Below, piece after piece: positions 1 to 9,157 of a DNA stretch of 64,000 nt. The stretch spans positions 800,247-864,246 of the forward strand of contig OZ242309.1 in the NCBI GenBank assembly GCA_965208015.1, read 5' to 3'. The DNA comes from Dehalococcoidia bacterium (GTDB taxonomy: Bacteria; Chloroflexota; Dehalococcoidia; Lucifugimonadales; UBA3495). Each line of letters starts with the position of its first letter. Positions within the stretch are counted from its first letter, which is position 1. Position numbers and translations under genes: made by a program. The notes under the pieces were generated by a model. That model saw only the letters and a program-made list of their open reading frames with translations. It ran no database searches and had not been told where the DNA came from.

Positions 1-1
1 C

Positions 2-880
2 CAGCTGGGCAAACAAGCAATCCGATGCGCGCTGAACGGCGAATGGGAACAAGCCGCCGCGGCAAACCGCCAGATACTGGACGTTTGTCCCACTGACTGT
101 GAAGCGTCCAACCGGTTGGCGAAAGCCCTGATGGAACTCGGTCGATATTCCGAGGCCCGAGAGACCCTGGAGGAACTCCGGCTGCGTTCTCCCGCCAACG
201 TCATTGCACGCAAGAATCTCGCTCGACTCGACCAACTCCAAAGCCAATCCGGCGAACCCCGCTCGCAATCTGCGGTAGCGGGAAAATCTCCCGGCATGTT
301 CATTGCCGAAAGCGGCAAATCATGCACCACCGTGCTGCACCGGCTGGCGGGCGCGCCGCAAACATTACCCGTCAGCGCCGGTGACGTCGTTGCATTGCAC
401 ACGCGGAACGACGGGATCACGGTCAATACGCCGGACGGCCAGTACTTGGGAACTCTCCAGCGCCGATTGGGCCGGCGTGTAAACCGGCTCATTGCCGGTG
501 GGAACCGGTACGAGGCCGCGGTGGTTGGGGTCGACCCGGACGGACTGTCGGTGATCTTGCGCGAAACGGGCCAGGCTCCGGCGTTGCGTCACGTGGTCTC
601 GTTTCCGGCCCAAGTCAGCGAACCACAACGGATTGAGCCGATGGCGGATACCGATGAGTTCATGCCGTCACCCCCCGCGGATCCAGACCTTGGCCCGATT
701 GATGCTGGCGACACTGAAGAGGCCGTGGACCCGGCTGAAACCGCGGTGATGGAGATGCCCGACGATGCCCCGGATGAGTCGATAGGCGACGACGAAGTCC
801 CAACCCTGGACACCGACGACGATACGACCGCCTGGTCGCCGGTAACCCCGCCGTCAGACGACGACGAAGACTGGGATTAG
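2..880 (+). CDS. TPR-like repeat protein with strongly acidic C-terminal tail (5' end outside window)
   Basis: Frame of ORF 116..880 stays open back to nt 2 (QLGKQAIRCALNGEWEQAAAANRQILDV...). Helical TPR-like repeat text (ALMELGRYSEARETLEEL). The last ~80 aa are D/E/P/T-rich. No specific family recognised. Confidence 0.5.
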   Translation, partial: QLGKQAIRCALNGEWEQAAAANRQILDVCPTDCEASNRLAKALMELGRYSEARETLEELRLRSPANVIARKNLARLDQLQSQSGEPRSQSAVAGKSPGMFIAESGKSCTTVLHRLAGAPQTLPVSAGDVVALHTRNDGITVNTPDGQYLGTLQRRLGRRVNRLIAGGNRYEAAVVGVDPDGLSVILRETGQAPALRHVVSFPAQVSEPQRIEPMADTDEFMPSPPADPDLGPIDAGDTEEAVDPAETAVMEMPDDAPDESIGDDEVPTLDTDDDTTAWSPVTPPSDDDEDWD

Positions 881-902
881 CCTGTCGATAGCCGGCGCGG
901 GA

Positions 903-2537
903 TCAGATCTGCCCGGCGCCCCTGGCGCGGGAATCCAGGCTCACCGCCAATCGGGACCGGAACGGGCGCACCCGGTTGTCCTGGTGCGGTACGCCCATGG
1001 GCACCACGAAAACCGCTTCCTGGCCAGCAGCATGAGGGCCGAAGAACTCGACCACCGCATCGTCAAAGAAAGTGAGTCCGGTGGCTCCCAGCCCCAGCGC
1101 GTGCGAGGCCAGGTAGATACGGCCACCGATGATACCGGCCACGGTCTGCGCCATCCGATATCCTCGTGGACCGAATTTCTGCTCGATCAACGGCAGGTCG
1201 GCGGTAATGAACGCTACAGCCGCAGCGTCGGCTGGAAGCGCTTGCTCGAAGCCCAGATGACCGGCCGTTTCCCGGAAATCGCCTTCCTTGAGTAACCGCA
1301 GTCCGTTGTAGAAACGGTTGTAATAATAGGCTCCGGGGGCGAGGCCGGTAACCGCGTTCACTATCAGATAGACGCTCAAATACGGTGAGAACCCGTCTGC
1401 CAGGTGCGGAGCGTTGATCGGGTTTCCTGCGGCGTCAACGATGGAGCGAAAATCCTCCCACGCGATCGGTTCGGTGGCGAATCGCCGAGTGGAGCCCCGG
1501 GAACGGATGCACTCGCCCAGCGATTGCGCCGGCCGCGCCGCAAGGTTCAACTCCCCGTCAAAGCTGCCGTCCGGACCCGAGCGCAAGGGTCTAAAACCCT
1601 CGCCGGTGCCGTCGAGTTCGTCCTTATCACTGCCGCGGCCCCGGCCCCCGGAACCGTTCCAGGCTGCAACTTCCTCCCCGTTCTTCAACCAGGACGCCAG
1701 GTGAATCTCACGAGACAGCGGATACTCCAGCGCCCCGGCTGCAAGTTCGTTGCTTTCCTGGGGCAACATCCCGGGAACGTCGCCGGAACCAGGGTTCAGC
1801 ATCCCGTCGGGACTGCCGATCGTCGCCAGCAGCGAAGGCGCTTCCTCTAACCCGTCGATCCCGATGTACCCGGTGAGGGAGCGATCCACAAATCCGAATT
1901 TGAGGCCAACCGAAGTACTTGTAGCGTTTCCAGCCGCAGTGAGATTGGCGGCTATAGTGCCCAGATCCCAGTAGCAATACCGGTAGCCCCGCTCCCGATA
2001 TTTCCAGGCGCTCCTCCAAAACACGGTGGTGAACACCAGGGTAGCCGGGTACGCGGCATGGTCCTGCGCGGCCGCACCCACCCAGCGCCGCAGGTCTCCG
2101 TTGCGCAGGCGCGCCAGCGTGAAATTCAGCGGATCGAAGTGGTAAACCCCGGCTCGCAGGCCTTCCAGGTCGCCGCAGACGACGTACACTTCGGTCGGAT
2201 AAAGCGCCCCCGCGGACGCCGCCGCTCTATAGTGAACCTCGCCGTCCTGCAACGTTCGTCGCCGGATCACCGCCGCCGCGTGGTAGAGCAGCTCAGCCAA
2301 GGTCTGCAAAGTCGGCGGATCTTCCGAAACGGGACCCTGTCCGTCTCCTTGGATCGATCGCAAAGTCGACATATCCAGATTGGATGTCGAGGCCACGTCG
2401 GGCAGTGTGATCGCCCGCAGCCCAGGATAGGTCTTGTACAGCGGCGGCTTATTGCTCAGGTTGATGTATTGAAGCTTGGTCGTCTCGTTGAACGTGGTCG
2501 CCACGCCGGCGCCGTCGGATGTCTGGTTAGTAACCAT
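903..2537 (-). CDS. SagB/ThcOx-type dehydrogenase (double nitroreductase fold)
   Basis: Motif YRAAASAGALYPTEVYVV is typical of SagB-type dehydrogenase domains, and a second nitroreductase-like half is present (RSTRRF..., GAYYYN..., GLGATGLTFFDD). ATG at 2537 (MVTNQTS) is preferred over the track start at 2669, which would overlap folB. Confidence 0.7.
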   Translation of the reverse strand: MVTNQTSDGAGVATTFNETTKLQYINLSNKPPLYKTYPGLRAITLPDVASTSNLDMSTLRSIQGDGQGPVSEDPPTLQTLAELLYHAAAVIRRRTLQDGEVHYRAAASAGALYPTEVYVVCGDLEGLRAGVYHFDPLNFTLARLRNGDLRRWVGAAAQDHAAYPATLVFTTVFWRSAWKYRERGYRYCYWDLGTIAANLTAAGNATSTSVGLKFGFVDRSLTGYIGIDGLEEAPSLLATIGSPDGMLNPGSGDVPGMLPQESNELAAGALEYPLSREIHLASWLKNGEEVAAWNGSGGRGRGSDKDELDGTGEGFRPLRSGPDGSFDGELNLAARPAQSLGECIRSRGSTRRFATEPIAWEDFRSIVDAAGNPINAPHLADGFSPYLSVYLIVNAVTGLAPGAYYYNRFYNGLRLLKEGDFRETAGHLGFEQALPADAAAVAFITADLPLIEQKFGPRGYRMAQTVAGIIGGRIYLASHALGLGATGLTFFDDAVVEFFGPHAAGQEAVFVVPMGVPHQDNRVRPFRSRLAVSLDSRARGAGQI

Positions 2538-2571
2538 GTTTTGCTGTCCTGTTAGGGTGGGCCCAGACCGG

Positions 2572-2961
2572 TCAACGCGAGCGCGGCCGGCAGATTTCCA
2601 CCGCCGCGGCCTCGATGACCGAGCCCTTGATCGGCGGACGGGGTTTTTGAACTCGGACGCGAACCGCATCGATTTGTGGATGCTGTTCCAGTACTCTGCT
2701 GGCGATGGTTCCGGCCGCGGCTTCCAGCAGGTTGCAGGGCTCGCCTTCCATCACCGCTTTGACCGCCCGGTACAGTTCCGTGTAACTCACCGTGTCATCC
2801 AATCGGTCGGAGGCCGCCGGGCCGCTCAGATCCAGTTCAGCCTCGAGATCCACGACGAATGTCTGACCTAAGCTGCGCTCTTCGGGGTTGACCCCGTGGA
2901 AGCCGTAGAACTGGAGGCCGGTCAGGATGATGCGGTCTGACGACATCAGATAGGCGCTCAA
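2572..2961 (-). CDS. folB: dihydroneopterin aldolase
   Basis: RIILTGLQFYGFHGVNPEERSLGQTFVVDLEAELDL matches the FolB N-terminal signature. Start is either TTG 2961 (4-nt overlap with the upstream gene) or ATG 2946. Confidence 0.8.
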   Translation of the reverse strand: MSAYLMSSDRIILTGLQFYGFHGVNPEERSLGQTFVVDLEAELDLSGPAASDRLDDTVSYTELYRAVKAVMEGEPCNLLEAAAGTIASRVLEQHPQIDAVRVRVQKPRPPIKGSVIEAAAVEICRPRSR

Positions 2962-3836
2962 CCGGCCTGCGCTTCAATGGCCGCAGCTTGAGCCAGCAAA
3001 TTCTGCGCCCGTTTCACCACCGGCACGTCCACCATGCGCCCGTCAATCGAAAGCGAACCTCGCCCAGCCGCCTCGGCTTCATCCCAGGCTTCCACCACCC
3101 GGCGCGCGTAGGCCACATCGTCAGGGTCGGGCGAAAACGTCTCGTTGATGATGTCTATCTGCGCGGGATGGATCGCGAACTTGCCCGTATACCCCATGCG
3201 TCGGGCTGCGCTGGAGTCCGCCCTCAAGCCATCCGGGTCACGGAATCCGACGAACGGGCCGTCCAGCCCGGCTACTCCGGCGGCCCGCGCCGCCACGGCC
3301 ACCGAGGACCGGGCAAAGTAGCATTCCTCGCCGAAGTCGCTGCGGGTAACGCCCATGTCGTTGGTGTAGTCCTCGCCCCCGAACGCGATCCCCACGATCC
3401 GCTGTGAAGCCCGCGCCATCTCGTAGACGTGGACGATGGCCATAGCGGTTTCGATCCACGGGACCACCTTGATACTGCCAGCCGCGATCTTTGCCTTATC
3501 CTCCAATGGGGCAAGCAATTGGTCAACCTGCTGCAAATCCCAAGCCGTGTTTCCCTTGCCGATGCTGATCCCGGCCAGGTCGGGCGAGACCACTGCTGAC
3601 AATTCTCCGGCGGCAAGCCCGGTCTCCAGAGCGTTGACGCGCACCATCACTCGTTTGCCGGCCGCCGCAAGGCGCGGGACCCATTCCGTTGCCAACTCGC
3701 ACGCCGCGGCCTTTTCGCCGGGCGGCACCGAGTCTTCCAGGTCCACCATGATGATGTCGGCGCCAAATCCCAAGGCGCGCTCCAGCATGTTGGAACGGTT
3801 GCCAGGAACGAAAACTATGCTGCGGAGCAACTGCAC
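2958..3836 (-). CDS. HpcH/HpaI aldolase / citrate lyase beta (CitE)-like acyl-CoA lyase
   Basis: VFVPGNRSNMLERALGFGADIIMVDLEDSV and the later GFDGPF/IHPAQI-type motifs fit the CitE/malyl-CoA lyase family. GTG start with GAGAGG 9 nt upstream. Confidence 0.75.
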   Translation of the reverse strand: MQLLRSIVFVPGNRSNMLERALGFGADIIMVDLEDSVPPGEKAAACELATEWVPRLAAAGKRVMVRVNALETGLAAGELSAVVSPDLAGISIGKGNTAWDLQQVDQLLAPLEDKAKIAAGSIKVVPWIETAMAIVHVYEMARASQRIVGIAFGGEDYTNDMGVTRSDFGEECYFARSSVAVAARAAGVAGLDGPFVGFRDPDGLRADSSAARRMGYTGKFAIHPAQIDIINETFSPDPDDVAYARRVVEAWDEAEAAGRGSLSIDGRMVDVPVVKRAQNLLAQAAAIEAQAG

Positions 3837-3898
3837 GTCGAAAAACCTCTCTGTGGGGTTGGTTCGCGGTCAGCCGGAGCGACGCCAGTGGTTTGGGA

Positions 3899-6694
3899 TC
3901 AGAAGTCGCCCCAGGAGTAACCCGACTTAACGTCCACCTTGAGCGTAACGTCGAGATCCATTGCGGCCGGCATTTCGTCCAGCACCAACTCGGTCATCAC
4001 GTCCATTTCATCGTCCGGCACCTCGAACACCAGCTCGTCGTGCACCTGCAAGATCATGCTGGAGCGCATCTGCTCGTTGATCATTCGAGCGCGAACGTTG
4101 ATCATGGCGATCTTCATGATGTCGGCCGCGGTGCCCTGGATCGGCATGTTGATTGCCATGCGCTCGGCGGCCGCACGGGTGTTGTGATTCGTGGACTGGA
4201 TGTCCGGCAAATACCGACGGCGTCCCAACAGCGTTTCAGCGTACATTACGTTTCGGGTGCGTTCCTTCACGGATTCCAGATAACCATTGATGCCTGGATA
4301 CCGCGAAAGATAAGTCTCAATGAAATGCCGCCCCTCTTCGCGGCTGAACCCGGTCTGTTGCGAAATCCCATAGGGGCCCAAACCGTAAATCACGCCGAAG
4401 TTGAGCACCTTGGCGATCCGACGTTGTTCTGCGTCCACATCGTTGATAGGCACGTCGAACATCTGGCTCGCGGTCGCAGCGTGAATGTCCTCTCCCCGGC
4501 GGAAAGCTTCGAGCAGCGAGGGGTCTTGCGACATGTGAGCCAGTACCCGCAGCTCGATCTGGGAATAGTCCGCAGACAGCAGTTGGCAGCCGGAATCGGC
4601 CACAAAGGCCCGTCGCACCTGGCGGCCTAATTCGGTTCGCACCGGTATGTTCTGCAGGTTAGGATCGCTGCTGCTGACCCGGCCGGTTGCCGACCCGGTC
4701 TGGTGATACGACGTGTGGATCCGTCCCGTCGCGTCGTTCACCATTTCCGGCAGAGCATCCACGTAGGTTGACTTCAGTTTCGATACCTGGCGGTAGTCGA
4801 GGATCTTGTCCACTGCCGGATGCAGGCCCTTCAAGGCCTCGAGAGCGTTGGCGTCGGTGGAATAGCCGGATCGCGTTCGCCGCGACTTGGGCAAGCCCAA
4901 CTCGCCAAACAGCAGGTCGCTCAGCTGTTTGGGGGAGTTGATGTTGACGCTGTGGCCAATGGACTCGAACAGTTCCGTCTGGATTTGCTCCAGCTGCTCG
5001 TGCAGGTCGCGGGACATCTCGTGCAGGATGCCCGCGTCCAGCCGAACACCCGCACGCTGCATTTCGACGAATACCGGAATTAACGGCATTTCCACGTCGG
5101 CGAAAAGGTCACCCAGCCCCTGGGTATCCAGCGGCGGGTCGAAGTGCCGGCGCAACCGCAGGGTGCAATCGGCATCGGCCGCCGCGTAGGGAGCGCCGTC
5201 GGTGATTTCAACCTCGTTGAACGTTTTCTGCCGGGCTCCCTTGCCGATCAGGTCGGTGATCTCGGTCATCTCTCGACCCAGGATGGACAGAGCCAGCGGC
5301 TTCAACCCCAATCGGTTATTGCCCAGCAGATGGGCGGCGATCATGGTGTCGTGGTCCACCACCCGGTAAGGATCCACGCCGTAGTTGCTCAATAGGGTCA
5401 GGTCGTAGTTGGCGTTGTGCGCCGACCGCTTCAGGCCGTTAGCAGTGAACAGCGGGCGCACGGCTGCCATTACATCCTCCAACGGCAGTTGCTGCCCATT
5501 CTGATGCCCCACCGGCACGTACCAGGCCAACCCGCCATCCACCGCGAAGCTCAGGCCGGCCAGTTCCGCCGCCATCGGGTCGGTGCTGCTCGCCTCGGTG
5601 TCAAAGGCAAAGGAACTGGCCTCCTGGATCGAGGCTATCATCGCTTCCAACTCGTCCCGCGTCGCAACGATCCGGTAATCGCAGTCCGTCGGATCTTCCG
5701 AGCCGGTTGGGGCAGCAACCGACGACCGATCGGCGTTTTCCGAGGCAGTAGCCCACGGCGCGTCCGGCGAAGGCACCCGTCCCACGATGCTGTGAAACTC
5801 CAGCGCGGTCATTAGGGCGACCACCTCGGATCCCTCGTAATCTCCGAATTTGCAGGCTTCGAGGTCCAAGTTAGCGGGAGCATCGCATTTGATGGTAGTC
5901 AAAAAGCGATATTCGAAAGCTTCCTCCCGGTTCGCCGCCAAGTTGTTCTGCACCCGTTTCTGGGTAATCTCCTCCAGATGCTCGTAAATGCCTTCCAGGG
6001 TGCTGTAATTGCTCAACAACGTAGTTGCCGTCTTATCGCCGACGCCGGGCACGCCTGGGATGTTGTCGGATTTGTCGCCAACCAGGGCCTTGTAGTCCGG
6101 CTGCTGCTCGGCGGTCAGCCCGCCGTATCGCGCCGCCAATTCCTCTTCATCCACAATCCGACGGTCGCGCTCGCTGCTGGCCAGGTCGACCCGAACCATC
6201 GGAGATATTAGCTGAAAGGTATCCCTGTCGCCCGTGAGGATCACCGTGGGCACGTGGGCTGCCTCGGCCTGGCGACTCAACGTACCTATGATGTCGTCGG
6301 CCTCGTACCCCGGCAGTTCGTAAATCGGCACGGCGAAAGTCGCCATCAGCTCTTTCACGCGGTCGAACTGTCCGCGCAGTTCCGGCGGGGTGGGCGGTCG
6401 CTGCGCCTTGTATTCCGGGAAACGCTCGTGCCGGAAAGTCGGGGTCGGCGTGTCAAAAGCGACGGCGACGTGAGTCGGTTGCCACTCGTTCAGCGCACGA
6501 ATGAAAACGCTGGCGAACCCGTAAACGCCGGTGACATCCTCGCCGGTGGTCGAAACTGTGAGGTTGCGGCTGGCGCTGATGGCGCGGAAAGACCGATGCA
6601 CCATTGCGTGTCCATCGATCAGCAGCAGCAGCGGAGACCTCTGATCGCTGGCGGTAAAGGTCATCTCCATGGACATCTGGTTGGCGCTGGACAT
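3899..6694 (-). CDS. polA: DNA polymerase I
   Basis: 5'-3' exonuclease N-terminus (LLLIDGHAMVHRSF), central exo-like domain, and polymerase motifs DYSQIELRVLAH and QVHDELVFE. ATG 6694 (MSSANQ) has GGAGA upstream. Confidence 0.95.
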   Translation of the reverse strand: MSSANQMSMEMTFTASDQRSPLLLLIDGHAMVHRSFRAISASRNLTVSTTGEDVTGVYGFASVFIRALNEWQPTHVAVAFDTPTPTFRHERFPEYKAQRPPTPPELRGQFDRVKELMATFAVPIYELPGYEADDIIGTLSRQAEAAHVPTVILTGDRDTFQLISPMVRVDLASSERDRRIVDEEELAARYGGLTAEQQPDYKALVGDKSDNIPGVPGVGDKTATTLLSNYSTLEGIYEHLEEITQKRVQNNLAANREEAFEYRFLTTIKCDAPANLDLEACKFGDYEGSEVVALMTALEFHSIVGRVPSPDAPWATASENADRSSVAAPTGSEDPTDCDYRIVATRDELEAMIASIQEASSFAFDTEASSTDPMAAELAGLSFAVDGGLAWYVPVGHQNGQQLPLEDVMAAVRPLFTANGLKRSAHNANYDLTLLSNYGVDPYRVVDHDTMIAAHLLGNNRLGLKPLALSILGREMTEITDLIGKGARQKTFNEVEITDGAPYAAADADCTLRLRRHFDPPLDTQGLGDLFADVEMPLIPVFVEMQRAGVRLDAGILHEMSRDLHEQLEQIQTELFESIGHSVNINSPKQLSDLLFGELGLPKSRRTRSGYSTDANALEALKGLHPAVDKILDYRQVSKLKSTYVDALPEMVNDATGRIHTSYHQTGSATGRVSSSDPNLQNIPVRTELGRQVRRAFVADSGCQLLSADYSQIELRVLAHMSQDPSLLEAFRRGEDIHAATASQMFDVPINDVDAEQRRIAKVLNFGVIYGLGPYGISQQTGFSREEGRHFIETYLSRYPGINGYLESVKERTRNVMYAETLLGRRRYLPDIQSTNHNTRAAAERMAINMPIQGTAADIMKIAMINVRARMINEQMRSSMILQVHDELVFEVPDDEMDVMTELVLDEMPAAMDLDVTLKVDVKSGYSWGDF

Positions 6695-6789
6695 TGGAGG
6701 TCTCCGGGCGCGGATTAAGCGGTCACAAGCTGTGGCTGCGATGATGGGCGCATTATACATGAGGCGACGCGGAGCACGTTCCTGCCCTG

Positions 6790-6798
6790 TGCTACAAT
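6790..6798 (+). promoter_or_regulatory. extended -10 element TGCTACAAT, probable leaderless start of the next gene
   Basis: TGCTACAAT ends 10 nt before ATG 6808 and no Shine-Dalgarno lies between them. The identical 9-mer precedes tRNA-Pro at 61500. Confidence 0.45.
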
Positions 6799-6807
6799 GC
6801 CCACGTT

Positions 6808-7125
6808 ATGCCCGTTTATGAATACCGATGCAACGGCTGTGGCGAGCGGCAGTCGCGCCTGATATTCAGTTGGACACCGTCCGATTCCCTCATCTGCAAT
6901 AGCTGCGACGGCATCGACTTGACCCGGCTGGTGTCCGGGTTCTCCTTCCACCGCTCCTGGGGTGACAGCCTGAACTGGATGCCCGACAACGCTGCCGCGG
7001 ACCTGGACAACAGCCACATCGGCAGCATCGACTCGCACATGGGTCGCATGGGCGAGGCAATGGGCGGGCAGGTTACCCCGGAATTCCACGAGCACCGGCA
7101 CGAAATTATCCACCCCGATTCCTGA
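6808..7125 (+). CDS. FmdB-family zinc-ribbon protein
   Basis: N-terminus MPVYEYRCNGCG...(17 aa)...CNSCDG matches the CxxC_CxxC FmdB-type putative regulatory zinc ribbon. Confidence 0.75.
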   Translation: MPVYEYRCNGCGERQSRLIFSWTPSDSLICNSCDGIDLTRLVSGFSFHRSWGDSLNWMPDNAAADLDNSHIGSIDSHMGRMGEAMGGQVTPEFHEHRHEIIHPDS

Positions 7126-7185
7126 CCGCCATCGGGCCAACCCCGGGCCATCAGGTAGCTTCAACCCCCGTTCGTCGCGAATACC

Positions 7186-7521
7186 ATGCCCATCTACGAA
7201 TACCGTTGCCATCAGTGCCGGCAGATCTCCTCGATCTTCGTGCGCTCGATCAGTTCCCCCTTGACGCCGAAGTGCCAGGCTTGCGGCAGCGACGACATGG
7301 AGCGCCGCATGTCCACATTTGCCATGGGTAAAACCACCGGCGAAATCCATAGCGCGCACCCCATGGGCAGCAATTCGCGAGACTACTACAGCGACCCGCG
7401 CAACATCGGGCGCCACGTGGAAGAGTCTTTCGCTCGCCACGGTGTCGACATGCCCGCTTCGGTTCGTGAATCCATCGATTCCGCTCGCAGCGGCGACGCG
7501 CCCAAAGGATTGGACCTGTGA
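7186..7521 (+). CDS. FmdB-family zinc-ribbon protein (tandem paralogue)
   Basis: MPIYEYRCHQCR...(17 aa)...CQACGS. The stop overlaps the thiE GTG start (GTGA). Confidence 0.75.
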   Translation: MPIYEYRCHQCRQISSIFVRSISSPLTPKCQACGSDDMERRMSTFAMGKTTGEIHSAHPMGSNSRDYYSDPRNIGRHVEESFARHGVDMPASVRESIDSARSGDAPKGLDL

Positions 7522-8495
7522 CGGAGCAACAAAGCAATTCGCCATCTGACCTGCTGGCTGCCCTTATCGCCTGCTTGGACGGAATCGTCGCATCGGATTC
7601 GCTCCCCGAGGGCCTGATGCGCGGTGAAGTCGGTTGGCTGGGGGACGGCCTCAGTGACCCCGGCCGGGCATCCACCGCGCCATTTGCTGTCGAGAGTCGC
7701 CACCAGGCGCTGGAAATGGCAGACGCTGCTCGTGGCTTGTTGGACGTTTTGGGCACAACCCAGGGAATCCCCGCCGATGGGGCGTTGCAGTTGCGCCGCG
7801 CCCTGGATGACGCGGGTGCACGCATCGGCTCCGCGGTGCGCCGAGACCAGGCGGACCGGATCCGCGGCCTCTACGTCATCATAGATCCCGAAGTGACGGG
7901 CGGCCGGGATCCGATGGAAATCGCCCGTGCCGCCATCAGCGGCGGGGCCCGCATGTTGCAGTTGCGTGACAAGCTGCGCGACAAGGGCGAGCAGTTGCCG
8001 CTGGGTCTCGCGTTGCGCGATTTGTGCACCGCCAACGACGCCCTGCTGATAATCAACGATCACGCGGACTTGGCCGCCGCGTTGGGTCCCGACCACGTAG
8101 GACTGCACGTCGGGCAAACCGATCTTCCGGTTGCGGAGGCCAGGAAGATCCTGGCGCCGGGACAGGTGTTGGGCCGCTCCAACCGCGAGATCGATCTGAT
8201 AATCGAATCCCAGGAAATGGGCGCCGATCACGTCGCGTTCGGCGCGATGTATACCACGACCACTAAGCAGGTCACGCGAGCGCCGCAGGGCCCGGAGCGC
8301 TTGAAGCAGGCTCGGGCCGCCGCAAACGTGCCCCTGGTGGCCATCGGCGGAATTACAGCGGGGAACGTCGCGCCGGTGGTGGAAGCCGGCGCTGACGCGA
8401 TCTGCGTTACGGCGGCGGTGGGCAGCGCTCCGGAACCTGAAGCCGCGGCGGCAGCGCTGACTGAAGCCATACGGGCAGCCGGCGGACGGGTTTAG
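7518..8495 (+). CDS. thiE: thiamine-phosphate synthase with ~110-aa N-terminal extension
   Basis: The ThiE core starts near aa 115 (GLYVIIDPEV, GARMLQLRDK, GADHVAFGAMYTTTTK, PLVAIGGI). The preceding 110 aa are in the same ORF and match no family I recognise. Confidence 0.8.
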   Translation: MTEQQSNSPSDLLAALIACLDGIVASDSLPEGLMRGEVGWLGDGLSDPGRASTAPFAVESRHQALEMADAARGLLDVLGTTQGIPADGALQLRRALDDAGARIGSAVRRDQADRIRGLYVIIDPEVTGGRDPMEIARAAISGGARMLQLRDKLRDKGEQLPLGLALRDLCTANDALLIINDHADLAAALGPDHVGLHVGQTDLPVAEARKILAPGQVLGRSNREIDLIIESQEMGADHVAFGAMYTTTTKQVTRAPQGPERLKQARAAANVPLVAIGGITAGNVAPVVEAGADAICVTAAVGSAPEPEAAAAALTEAIRAAGGRV

Positions 8496-8506
8496 GGGGA
8501 GCCGTC

Positions 8507-9139
8507 ATGCCCACTCGCTATGGGCCACATCTGACCGCTCTTTCCAACAAAGCGGTTGAAGAACTCACCGCCAGGCATCGCGCTCGGGAGCAGGCTCTCG
8601 GTGTGTCCCGACAGGTTATCAGGAACTCGGCCAACGCCATCCGCGCCGTGCACCGCAACGATTTCGCAGAGGCGCGTCGCCTGATTGCCGAAGCGGCGAC
8701 CCGGCTGGACGAAACCCGGAGCATTCGCGTCGACAACCCGGAGATTTACTACGCCGGGTTTCTGTCTGATGCGCGCAAGGAGTTCACTGAGGCGAACATA
8801 ACGTTAGCGGTGATTTCCGGGGCCGAAATACCCGACGCCGAGTCCCTCAACATGGATCCGCCGGCCTACCTGAACGGCATGGCGGAGGTGATCGGCGAAT
8901 TGCGCCGTTACATCCTGGACGCCCTGCGCCGCGACGATACCTCCCGGTGCGAAGAGCTGATGGAGTTGATGGACGAGATTTACGGCATCCTGGTTACCGT
9001 CGATTTCCCCGAAGCCGTCACCGGCGGCCTGCGCCACAGCACGGACGCCATGCGTGGCGTCCTGGAGCGCACCCGAGGCGACCTGACGATTTCCCTTCAG
9101 CAGCGCCGTCTGGAACGGCGCCTCGAAAACCTCACCTAG
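8507..9139 (+). CDS. translin-family protein
   Basis: ARKEFTEA, AYLNGMAEVIGELRRYILDAL and GLRHSTDAMRGVLERTRGDL match the conserved helices of translin/TRAX-like proteins (COG2178-type). This assignment is from memory. Confidence 0.65.
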   Translation: MPTRYGPHLTALSNKAVEELTARHRAREQALGVSRQVIRNSANAIRAVHRNDFAEARRLIAEAATRLDETRSIRVDNPEIYYAGFLSDARKEFTEANITLAVISGAEIPDAESLNMDPPAYLNGMAEVIGELRRYILDALRRDDTSRCEELMELMDEIYGILVTVDFPEAVTGGLRHSTDAMRGVLERTRGDLTISLQQRRLERRLENLT

Positions 9140-9157
9140 CCCGTTTTTAGTCGGTGT

